From contig OZ316898.1 in assembly GCA_973895155.1 (NCBI GenBank), forward strand, positions 17,350,752 through 17,414,751: a DNA stretch of 64,000 nt. The letters are read 5' to 3'. Under the pieces are notes generated by a model that did not search any database, had not been told where the DNA came from, and saw nothing but the letters and a program-made list of their open reading frames with translations. Origin of the DNA: Marsupella aquatica. Taxonomy: Eukaryota; Plantae; Marchantiophyta. The position numbers and the translations under genes were made by a program. This document shows positions 1-11,429 of the stretch, piece after piece; position 1 is the first letter of the stretch, and the number at the start of each line of letters is the position of its first letter.

Positions 1-3000
1 ATCTCCATCCCTAGTATCTTCTTGGCCTGACCCAAGTCCTTCATTGAAAACTCCTTACTCAGCATTGCTTTTAGATGGGCAACATTAGACTTATTCTCAG
101 CCAGGATCAGCATGTCATCCACGTACAGTGCCAGCACAATGTAACCAAAGCATGAGTAATTCTCCACCTCCTTCATGTAGATACAACAATCATGCTCACT
201 CCGTGTGAACCCCTGAGATAACATGAAGGAATCAAAACGCTTATTCCATTGTCTGGGACTCTGCTTCAATCTGTATAACGAGCGCAAGAGCTTACACACC
301 AAGTGTCTGGTCTTCTCGTCAATAAAACCTGAAGGCTGAGTCATACAAATCTCCACATCAAGCAATCCATGCAGGAAAGCAATAATTACATCCATCTGAT
401 CTAACTCAAGATCATAGAATGCCACAATCGCAAGTAAAACATGGATAGTAGCGAGTTTGACAATTGGTGAGAATATCTCCGTGTAGTCCAAGCCCTCCTT
501 CTGGGTGTACCCTTTGGCCACAAGGCGTGCCTTGAAGTGCCATCCTGCTTCTTCTTGTACAACCATCTACATGGAACCAGTGTCTTCCCGCGAGGCATGT
601 CAGTCAAGCGCCAAGTTGAATTCTTCTTCAAAGAATTAATCTCTTTCAACATCGCCTCCATCCACTTATCCTTCTTTGGAGAGGCCATAGCTTCTTCATA
701 GCTAGAGGAATCTCCATCTTCAGTGAGCAAAATAACACCGGGATCATCGTCATGCTCAACAACGTGAACACGAGGATCTGCAAAACCAGATCTATCAGGG
801 GGTTGGCCAAAATTGGCCCTGGTGGAGCACCTTGGTTGAGGAACTGCACCTCTACCAGAGGGACCAGCAGCTTCCTCATCACCACCAAGCTCCACCGTAG
901 TGGGTTCCTCCACCTGTTCCTCCTGAATATCCTAGGGTCGTGACAACCATTCTTTGTCAAAAACAACATTTTTGCTCACAACTGCCTTGCAATCGATAGG
1001 ATCCCACAATTTATAGCCCTTCTGCCCCCAGGACTAAAGCCTAGAAAAATATATTTCTTAGACTTGGGATCCAACTTAGACCTGTGTGTCTGCTCAATGT
1101 GAACATAGGCAGCACAACCAAAAACTTGGAGTCTAGAGTAATCAGCAGGTCTCTTATACCACAACTCAAATGGAGTCTGCATCAACTTAAGTCTACTGTG
1201 CGGTGAAAGATTGTAGACGTATGCAGCTTGGTTGACAGCTTCAGCCCAAAAGTTGTTGGGCAACTTGGACTTACATAGCATGCTACGTGCTTTCTCCAGT
1301 AATGTCCGATTCAACCATTCTGCAACTTCATTCTATTGCGGGGTCTTAGGTACAGTGTAATGATGCTTGAGGCCAAGATCCCGACCAAATTGGTCAAACT
1401 CATTGGACTTATACTCACCACCATTGTCTGACCGAACACACTTTAACTCTTTCCCAGTTTGTAGCTCCACCATTGCTTTCCACTCCTTGAAGATCTCAAA
1501 TACTTGAGATTTCTCCTTCATGTAGTACAGCCAACACATTCGAGAGTAATCATCTACAAACGTCACAAAATATCTGGCTCCACCCAACGACGGTTCCGGC
1601 GCTGGACCCCAAACATCCGAATGTACATACTCAAGAATCTCATGAGAATGGTATGAACTAGAACTGAAACTTACTCTCCTGTGCTTGCCGAAGATGCAAT
1701 CTTCACAGAAAGAGAGTTTACCAGATTGAGCGCCTTGCAGCAAATCTTTGTTTGCCACGGCTGCCAATCCTTTACCACTCAAGTGCCCCAACCATGCATG
1801 CCACAAATCTATGGCTTGTGTGCGACCAGATGTTGAGGGTGCTTCAATTGAAGCAGTCATAGATGACTCTATGGCAGATGTTGCCGCTGCATCCGAATGT
1901 TCCACCACAAAATCCACATGCTCCACTCTAGGAGCAATGACATCTCCTTCCAAGATGTACAAATTATTCTGCCGTAGCGCCTTAATCAAAGATACATCAT
2001 CTTTGACGACAAAGAGCGCACCATTAGGTGCAGTGAAATGAGATCCACCAACTTCCAAAGCACCAAGAGAAATCAAATTCTTAGAGATGTCTGGTATGTG
2101 TCTGACTCCTGTCAGTGCTCGCACAAACATCCGGAATTTGATAATCCTCATGCCAACAATCGCACATCGGACTCCATTTCCAATTTCCACAGTACCGGTA
2201 CAAGGTTGGTAAGTGGAGAAATACGATTGCGTTGGACACACGTGATAAGAGGAACCCGAATCCAACATCCATTTATTGTCATACACAAAATTCATAGCAC
2301 CAATACATAGCACTTCAGCAACATCCTCATTATCAGCAATCACAATACCAGCTGACGATGAGGACGCACGATTGGAAGTAGGACACTTCTGCTTAGACAG
2401 AGAAGGACAATTCCACTTGGTGTGGCCCTTCTCCTGGCAATGCCAACACTGAACTTTCTTACTACGGGACTTAGATTTAGATCTACTGTGTGATTTAGAT
2501 CTAGACTGATCCGTAGTACGCTCCGTCGATCTGCCTCTAACCACTAAGGCAACAGACTCAGTGTCACGGCCAGAAAGTTGTCGCTTGCCCTATTCTGCAA
2601 GAACGGTAGCCTTCACCTCATCCAACTTCAACGTAGACTTGTCATGTGTGATGACCGTCACCAATGTCGAATAGGTCTGAGGAAGCGACATCAACATATG
2701 CATCGCAAGATACTCATCGGTCAACTTGTCTCCCGCCGTGCTCACCTCATGCACAATCTCATCGAAGAGACTGAGGTGATCACGCATGTTGCCACCATCC
2801 TTCAACTTCAACCTGAACAGCCGCTCCAAGTGATAAATGCGAGTAGTCAACGAAGTACTCTAGTATAGCTGAGTAAGCATATCCCAAATCTTCTTGGCAT
2901 TCCGATCCATCCCCAACACGTTCTTGAGAATGTTGTTTGTCAAGAATAACTCAATTGTGCTACACGCTTGTACCAACATGTCCTCCCACTCCTCATCTGT

Positions 3001-3150
3001 TAGATTCGAGGGTTTCACTCCAGTGAGGGTCTTCTCAAGACCCTGCTGGATCAACACATTGGTCACCTTCCGAGTCCAGAGGCTGAAGCTGACCTTCCCA
3101 TCAAACTTCTCCACCTCAAACTTTGGTGCCGCAAGCTTTCTTGAAGTCAT
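1..3150 (-). pseudogene. Copia gag-pol polyprotein with several stops and frameshifts
   Basis: Gag N-terminus KFEVEKFDGKVSFSLW; zinc knuckle CWHCQEKGHTKWNC; protease WMLDSGSSYHVC; integrase LWHAWLGH..CEDC, VHSDVWGP, RSDNGGEY, NRTLLEKARSML; RT CRWLYKKK, LKQSPRQW and LYVDDML near 115-135. In-frame stops at ~2860, ~2590 and ~1333. Confidence 0.95.
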
Positions 3151-3567
3151 TGATGCTGCCACAAACACACAGCAAATACACAACCGAAATACCTCCACCC
3201 AAAAAGTCACCAAAAAATGAAAGTTGGTGAAAGTGGAAATGGAATGCACCGCCGCATAGCCTGCAAGGTACACTGCCACTATCTGAAAATGATTCGGCGA
3301 AAAACTTCCAGCGAAAACTATTCAACCTGGACCGGAGGGGGGTCAAAATGGCCGTTTTTACCCCCGTTGGGTATCTTGAGTCCTGAAAATTTTTTGCAAC
3401 AGCAACGCTTGAATCAAATTTACTAGCCCGTGCTCAACTCCCTTGAGTATCCCCTGCAAAGTCTTGCGAAAAAATTCTGCCTCGACGACCGCCAAATTTG
3501 AAAATTTCGGCCAAAAATAAGCTCTCTGGAAAAGTATCTTTTCCAAGGAATCAAAGTACAGTCAAAA

Positions 3568-4040
3568 TGTACAGCAGAAAGAACATGGAGCTGACACCTG
3601 TCCAATCACGGAAAGAAAGGAAGAACGGCGAAAGAAAGTCCCTTGTATTTAAACAAGTGACAAAAAGAGCCCAGTGCAACGATCGCCCCTCCAGGCCTCC
3701 GAATTCTTTTGCAAATAATACGCCCCTTGTGCATAGGGTCATGCGCCAGCCCTGGATCTCCTACTCCCACTCAAAACTACATAGGGCTACGAGCCCTCGT
3801 GGCTCATCCCCTTGTCAACAATTAGTACCAAGTACAGGGTGCACATCCCTGTATTTACAGTCCCCTCTTAAGTGCCTTGGGCCTCATACAAGGTCTCCTC
3901 ACACACTTGGGACTAGCAATAATGGCTCCCCCAAACAAATGGGAAGTGTACCTACACCTTTTCTCCCTTCAAAAAACCACATAAGGCTTCTGCTCCCTTG
4001 TACTTATAAATGCTCACCCTACTCTGTACTTCATGGTACA
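3568..4040 (-). repeat. Candidate 5' LTR of the copia element
   Basis: Bounded by TGTAC...GTACA inverted ends, lies upstream of gag and has a TATA-like TTTATAAG on the minus strand at ~4005-4010. No clear PBS was found and the second LTR is not in the window. Confidence 0.35.
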
Positions 4041-6737
4041 GAATGTACCTGAAACTCTTCACCTTCTCCTCTTAAACCACAGCTACCAGTATAAAAGGGC
4101 CCGTGGTCTGCCCGGCTTAGCATTCTTTGTTGCCTGGATGTATAGTGATCCCGGGTGAATAGTTCTGCGGCCCGGCAAGTGATCCGCATTCCTCTCCAAC
4201 CCGGCAAGTGATCCTCATTCCTCTCCAACGCTGCCTCCAACGCTCACTCTGTGCTGCAGTGTTCTTTGTCGCACATCAGGACTGTAGAATCTCCATAGCT
4301 GCAACTTTCACGTTCAGTCACCATTCCTCGCATTGCCTGTCACCCAAAAAATCCAGGACCTTTGTTTCTACACAATTCCACAAGCTGTCGACGATGAGCT
4401 ACTCGATCCTAGAAAAGATGTTGCCTTCCTTTGATTAGTAGGTGAGTCGATCGACCATGAGCTACATGAGCTACTCCAATTTGGCAACATGAGCACCGAC
4501 ACTGCATCTTCGCTTTGTTCTTGGAACATCGGATAGTGTTCAGTGTTTCAATTAGAGTATTTCAATTAGATTTGATCCAGCCAGGACTACCACTTTGACT
4601 TCACAACTATTCTACGCCTTGCTTGCCCAGTTGCCTGTCAGGTGCTTTTGAGCTGCTTTTCCATTCCCTGTAGTTTCTCCCCTACTTATTTTCGCTTCCG
4701 CAGTGCAGCCGATGAAATTCTCGTGTGGGTTGAGATATTTCTAGTTTGCTTGCAGTTTGAACTTTCTTCGTGGGAATTTTGGGCAATGTCTCTTGCTCTG
4801 CAGTTTTCGATCCTTCATACGTTCATAAGGACACACACAGTGGTGAGCAACTAGTAAGGGGATAACTCGGTGCTGAGGTATAGAAACTCTGTGGCGGGGA
4901 AGGGGATCGATGGAAAATCCATTTTCCTTTATACTCCCCACGAGGCTCGGTCACTCAGGCTTCTTCTCTTCCTTTGACTCTTGGCCATCCAGCTGATCAG
5001 AAATTGCGTCATAATTTTTGGTGGAGCTGATTCGGATAGGCGTATCAATTTAGGATTCCGAGACCCCATCCTGCCTGGTTGATGTATCTGGAACAGCTTG
5101 AACCTGCTTCTATCTTAGTGAAGCTTGCTTGAACCTCCGGTCAACAGCGTCCCAAGGGTTTAAAACCAAGATTTAGACTATTGTTCATTCCCAGAGCTTT
5201 TTGTTGAGCTTCACTGAGCACCGAGTCATAAATTAATACCAAATGTTGTAAATCCAAGTGCATCAATTGCTACCTGTGCGTCAGTTCATTCAGTTTGGTT
5301 TGACGTCAAACAGCTCGTTTGTCGTCTCACAACCTTCGGGCTGCGCATTCGCTTCTAAGTTTGAGCCCTCTCCACAATGACGACCTTGGACGGGATACTC
5401 TGCTCTTCTCCCGCGACCTCACGCCTCTCCATAACTCTGCTCGACAATTAACACTGAGAATTTCATGCTGCTTTGAATCTTTCCAATTATGCCAATCCTC
5501 TACAACTGCTTGAAAACAAGAAGAGGCTGCACGAAGAGAATCATCGCCGCGGCAATTTTCACTGAGCAGGGAGCTCCTTCATGGGAATTTTGGGCAATGT
5601 CTCTTGCTCTCACAAGTGTATGTCCTTATGAACGTATGAAGGAGTAGGAGGTGGAGCTGGACGTAGAGCAGGGACAACACATGACGAAGCCAGTGTTTAC
5701 GCCCATCTCTCCCCTCATTTTTTAGTGATTACGTAGCGCGTTGTTCAGCCCTTCCCTGAGCTTTTTCACTCATGCACAGTTCTTCTTGAAAGTTGTTGTC
5801 GTTGCACGCCCAGCCCTCCCTTGAGCTTTTCCACTCATACACAGAGTGCTTCCCGAAAGTTGTCGCCACCTTTTTCTTCCAAATTTCTTTGGATCAATCA
5901 ATCTTGCTACTCGGATTGGCATCGTTCACTAGAGTCGGCTGCGTTTTAGTTGAATTGGAACTCGTTCCACTCTCATGGTGTCGTCACCGGGGACTGTCAG
6001 TAGCTACATGTGAATTCAATTTCTTTTTGATTCCTTGCGCCGCTTGCTGAACTGCAGTGTCGACAACATCGTCGTGTCTACCGACAGCAAAATTGGTCTA
6101 CCGATAGCAAAATTGGTTGGGACATCGAGCCCTCGTTGTTGGATAAAATTCTGACTGTACCTTGTCTCCAAATATTTTTTCAAAGGTACAGACTCAATTC
6201 GTGACGCCGAGGGAGAGGGAAGAGGAGGAGGAAGGATACTTAGGGGGTCCTTACCTCACAACTATTTCAGTAAGAGGAGGAGGAAGCCAGGATAGTTTGC
6301 CTGCCAAGGGAGAGGAGGAGGAAGGCTACTCGGTCCTTACCCTCACGACCATTTCAGGTTCTCACCCAAGGGTTGGGTGATTCCATTATGGTCCCCCTTT
6401 TTTGTACTACCATAGCTTGAGTTCCACTATAGAGAGTATCCTCGTGACCTATTCTGGTTGAAATGTTTACTTTTTCAGAGTTTTGTGCTTGCAAATTATG
6501 GAAGAAGATGGAACCAGGATCGTTGCTTTGGTCATGGCTTGCAATTAACATGTCACAAAAGATTGGCGTTATTGGACAGTTCCTTTCATGAAGCCTTCAC
6601 AACAATTGATGATAGTTGGCAACAAACATAGGAGTTATGATACTTTGAGGTAATTGTTTTTACCGTCCATTGTTGTTATGTCATTCCACTCCTTGACTTT
6701 GACTAACATCTACCTTCTTCATGACAGTCCGCGAAGA

Positions 6738-7132
6738 ATGGCCAACAAGCCGAGGACCAAGGTTAGATTGAATGAATGCGATGATGGGTCTTTTGTATTG
6801 CTTTGGCACAATGCCCAAGCTGAACACGAGGCTCCTCCCATCCAACGTAGGAAAACTTAGACGAGATCCGATCTGATTTCCCTGAGTTTTGTCGTGTCGT
6901 CACACAATATCACAATGCACTCAATCCTGTTGTACCTTTGGAACAAATATTGATTTGTGCTGCATATAGTTATGTGGATAGTGTGATGAAGCGGAAACGC
7001 TACCAAGTGTACACGCACTTGGCTTGGGTATGTGGTTATGCAGAGCGAACAAAGTTCCCAGATGCAGTGGAAGCGGTCATCAAAGCAACATGGCATGACC
7101 CACATGAGGAATTTGTAGGATTTTGTCCATAG
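6738..7132 (+). pseudogene. Probable KolX (P2X7 C-terminal/nanor-like) accessory gene of a Kolobok-type transposon, disrupted
   Basis: EF..(V)..LNPVV then KRKRYQVY..LAWVCG..RTKFPDAVEAVIKATWHDPHEEFVGF resembles the R..AY..W.G..R..P.CV..IR..FP....Y.GF signature. It converges on the Kolobok-like transposase once the P-like insert is removed. Confidence 0.5.
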
Positions 7133-9339
7133 TAGTCTATCATATTGTAATGTCCTTTGCATACTTATAATCTAAATAAATCCCTTCTTTGGGATTGAAC
7201 TCTCGTGGTCGGCAGCACAAGGGGTTCAAATCCCCTTGGGAGTAATTTGCTCACACAGTGATAAGAAAACCCACCTCTTTGGGTCCCTAGACTGTGTAAT
7301 AAGTTATTCCATGCCAAAAGTATGGGCTGAGTATGGGCCAAGTTGAGCCAAGGATTCTGTATGCCCCAAATATGGGTCAAGTCCCAAGTATGGGTCAAGT
7401 GAGAACCAAGGCCTGTGTAAGGGCAGGATTGGTCACTATTGCTTCTAAACATAGCATGTCCTCAATCTTACCCCAGAGTGGCAATGAAAGTATTCTCACA
7501 CCAAAGTTTTTTCATTCTATGTATGCATATGTTTTAGTCTTCCTTGTACTTAGCTTGGTTTCCAACCTAACCTTCTTCTTTTCGGGCAACATGAATTATC
7601 TAAGGTTCATTTCATCTTTTCTTTGTCAATTCTTCTTCATGATATTTTGCTTCATCAATTACCTATCCATTGTTTTCATTATTTGTTACCAATTGCATCT
7701 GTTTTTGGTGGCATACCATGTGTAGGGAGAATCCGAATAGACCCGCAGAGATGGTATCCTACGGTGGGGGATTGTATCGCTTAACATGGCCGGTCACTCC
7801 ACCGCAGAAAAGGAGGGCTCTTCTTTTGAGGCATGATGATATTGTTGCAAAGTTCTCAGCATTTTGTGAGGCCATTGACAACAACCTTGTTGAACTGTTG
7901 CTCTTCATTCTCCATTGCATGCTGAAGTCTTCCACATGTGTGCGGCGTGGTCTGATGTTGAGGCCATTCCTTCTCGTCAATGTCATGTTGTTTCTGAGAA
8001 ATTGGCATCTGTTGCCAAATTCTTGGAAACGACAGCCCTTCTAGGGAATCTTACATCTGTCATACATGCCACCTGGAAGACACTTGGCGAGTAGCATGGT
8101 TGATACTTTGTTCTTCATATTTTTGGAGTTGGGTTTGTACTTGGTTGTTTTATGTGTTTTTAACTTTTTGCTTCTCTTTTCTTCTCTTTTCATTTATCTC
8201 TAAAGTTCTTCAGCGTTCCTTAACTTTGTCAAGTATAGTGTTCATGAGGGTTATTTGTTATAGCATATTTATATGTTTTTGGCATGTGCCTCCTTCCTTA
8301 TCCTTAGGGTTGGAACTCCTGTTGGATGGCAAAAAAAGGGGTTCAAACCCCCTTGGGAGTAATTGTATACTCAATTGTGGATTGTACCTATGTTGTGAGT
8401 ATTCTGTTGGGAAACTATTTAGATATGAACTTTTCTCATCCATTTTAGTTTGGCAGTACAGCCCCATTATCCCAACAAAAATCTTGTCTAGGAAATGGTT
8501 GGTTAGAACTCCAAACTTGGATACACACATTCAAAGCATAGTCCGTGTTATCATAATAAAATTTTGTGTTTTATTTCTCCATAGAAGATTTATGTCATTT
8601 ATCAAACAATTGTGTGTACGAGTTGAGGGTTTAGCAAATTTAAGGTTTACAAATTAATATTTTATCATGTACCATAGTTTTATTTTATTGGACAAAATTT
8701 ATATCTTCAAAAAATTTGGAATCAAATAACAATTAATTCGTGGACCCCCATGTTCATCCAAGGAATGTGTGCATGATGAAATGAAATCAATTTTCAGCAA
8801 GGCAGTGACTGACAGTTTTGAGTCTCCCAATGGTGTTGGTGTGTACTTGTATAAAAGAAAACGCTCAAAAGATAGAGGAGATTTATCAAACAAAAGGTTG
8901 AATGTGGAGGAATTAAGTTTTTTGACGGTTTTTGCTTACACATTATTGGAGAAATTGTGTTTTTACCATTCTTGATTGATAATTTGTGAGTTACATTGAA
9001 CATTACCGCCACAAGACAGACTGGAGGACAACACTCAGCTGTTGGCAAAGAGCGCTTGTTGATTCGGTGGGAAGAACACATAAAATGAACGAGCCATCAC
9101 TTCACACGAAGGATTTGTAGTTTTTTTATTTAAGAAAACTATGGTGTGAGGGGGAGACCAACAATTGTTTCTTTGACATAAAGGTTGCATTTGGCGTCAA
9201 CCTGTCTTCACAGTGAGCTTCAGTTGAAGACTAGAGGGATGCAAACAATTCAAGTCAGGAAACAAGCATTGTGGACAAGCCATGACGATGTGATCAAAGA
9301 ATCAATTTGCAACGGCTAAGTTTTTGACAATGACGAGAT

Positions 9340-9790
9340 TGTGATATCTCTTAATCGAGAAAGGGTTTCCAATGAGCCTCAGATTGACAAATTTTGTAAA
9401 GTTCTAAATGAGTTTTTGAATTTCTTTGCCTTTCCAATGAGTGTGAGTATAAGAAATTTTGATCATGAGTTCATGAATTCTTTTCGCTTTCCAACATTGA
9501 GTTCAACATTGTCAAATTTTGTCACGATACTAGAGAGATCATGAGGTTTTCAATCTCTAATGTGTGACATTGAGACTATTTGTCAAGAATTAGAGAGATC
9601 ATGAGTATATGAAATTCTCTAGCTTTCCAATGAACCTAACATTGATAGATTTTGTCAAGTACTAAGGAGATGATGAGTTTTTTATTTTACTCTAGCTTTC
9701 CAATGAGAGGTCTAAGTATGTTTCTAAATCTTGATCTTGAGTTTTCCAATGAATCAAACATTGACAAATTTTATCAAGTATTAAGGAGAT
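9340..9790. repeat. Degenerate tandem repeats (TTTCCAATGA...ATTGACAAATTTTGTCAAG motif)
   Basis: The motif recurs about 5-6 times with divergence; AT-rich, probably the interior of a transposon. Confidence 0.6.
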
Positions 9791-10353
9791 TGATTATTTA
9801 GTTTTACAATGTGAAGCCAAAGGGGTTTTAACTATGTACATTTCTATCAATTGGTTTTTTCAAACTTGCAAACAATTAAAAAATACAAGCATTTTGATAT
9901 AAAACACTTATACATCTTTGACAAACATCATAATGGTAACTTTATTTTACTAAATGACATCTCTTCCTTTGTATTTTAGTTTTTTTACATTTAATATTTA
10001 CGGCATGGCGCCCCAAAAATTACATTACTTTTGCCACAAACAGGAATGTGCATGTTTGTCATTGTTAAAAGTAGGATCATTCCTGTTTGTGGCTGGTTGT
10101 GATGATGTGGAGCAACCTCGTGGCAGAGAATTTGCAAGAGACTTCTCATGGGGGTCCGTAAACAAATCGTGGGAAGGGTAAAACCTTTTTTCATATTATG
10201 AGACAAAAGTTGCATAATTAGTGTATTACAATGCTCTACATGCTAAATACTAAAAACTCCATGTGCCCCCTACAACATAATGGAAGTAAAACGTCTCCAG
10301 GTCTTACTTGGATGTCTTCAAAGAAACAACCCTCTGGATTTATAACATACAAT

Positions 10354-10649
10354 CTCGGGGGTTTCACTTCCACAAAAATGGCATATCACGTGCGACGAAG
10401 GATAGGGTCATTTTATTGGTTGTAAGGGAAGACTTAAGAATTTTTGTAGAAAAACAATAGGGTCTTTGAAATTCAATTTTGAGACTTATAAGAACATTAG
10501 GGCCTTTTAATCCAATTTTTGGAATATTCCAAGAATATTCCAACTTTATAGGGGTTAAAAAATATTATTGTTTTCTTACATTTTAGGGGGTCCAAGGCCT
10601 AAAAACATCGCAGGTGATGGGGAGGTCCCCATGTAGTGAGACCCCCGAG
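10354..10649. mobile_element. 296-bp MITE of the P-like family
   Basis: Ends are CTCGGGGGTTTCACT and AGTGAGACCCCCGAG; perfect 8-bp TSD CATACAAT (10346-10353 and 10650-10657). Confidence 0.95.
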
Positions 10650-11429
10650 CATACAATCAATTAATGAAACAATTAGACCACTTGTCAACATAAATAAAAA
10701 CTAAGGTATCTAGTCATTTAACCCACCCTCAATGCAATGTCGCTAAACAAAAACAAATGTTATTTTAAGGTCCAAATATAATTACCTCATGTATGTTGGT
10801 TTAGGTCTAAGGCTCGGGGGTCTCACTGTATGGAGGACCCCCCCATCACCTGCGACGTTTTCATGCCTAGACCCCCATACTTATTAAGTTGAAATTTTTT
10901 TTTCCTCCCCCTTTCTTTCTTCTAAGAGTCTAAAATCCAATTTGTATTGCCCCTATAATTTGTGAAGTAAAGTGTCACATATCAATAAAAAATGCCTAGA
11001 AAGAAAAGATAAGTCTATGCCAGTACCTTGTGAAGTCGTATGTCAAACATGGCACGCCCTGCAACAGCACGCCCTGCAACAGTTCTTGCACCTTTTTCGA
11101 CCTCAAACTTTCATCATTTCAATGCATCATTTATATTGTGTACCTAAAGGTCATCCCAATATTGTGTACATAAGTGGGATGGGCTTTAAGGTCACAACAT
11201 GAATAATCAATTCCATCAACAATCAATTTGAAACCAATCACATACTCCATCCATACTCCATTGAAAACTTCTGCTGAGAGATGTAACATGTGAGGAGGGG
11301 AATTGAACCCCTAATTGAGAAAGGATCTCAAGTTGCCAATCCGTCACCCCCTATCCTATCCCACTACACCCACTAATATAAACAAAACAAAATATATATA
11401 CTCTCAAAAAGTAAACAGTAGCATAACAT

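Larger units (their letters stand above)
1..4040 (-). mobile_element. Ty1/copia LTR retrotransposon, degenerate; 3' part lies outside the window
   Basis: The minus-strand domain order gag-PR-IN-RT is diagnostic of copia. The right boundary is taken from a tentative LTR. Confidence 0.93.

Noticed and set aside
4060-5680. Possible gene fragments with a duplicated GGGAATTTTGGGCAATGTCTCTTGCTCT motif (4771 and 5583)
   Set aside because: No coherent reading frame or recognisable domain.
7200-7250. tRNA gene
   Set aside because: Only a T-arm-like hairpin is present; no acceptor, D or anticodon arms could be folded.
10590-10876. Apparent ~290-bp hairpin or single foldback element
   Set aside because: The inverted arms are the facing ends of two separate insertions (MITE ending at 10649, long element starting at 10813), each with its own TSD.
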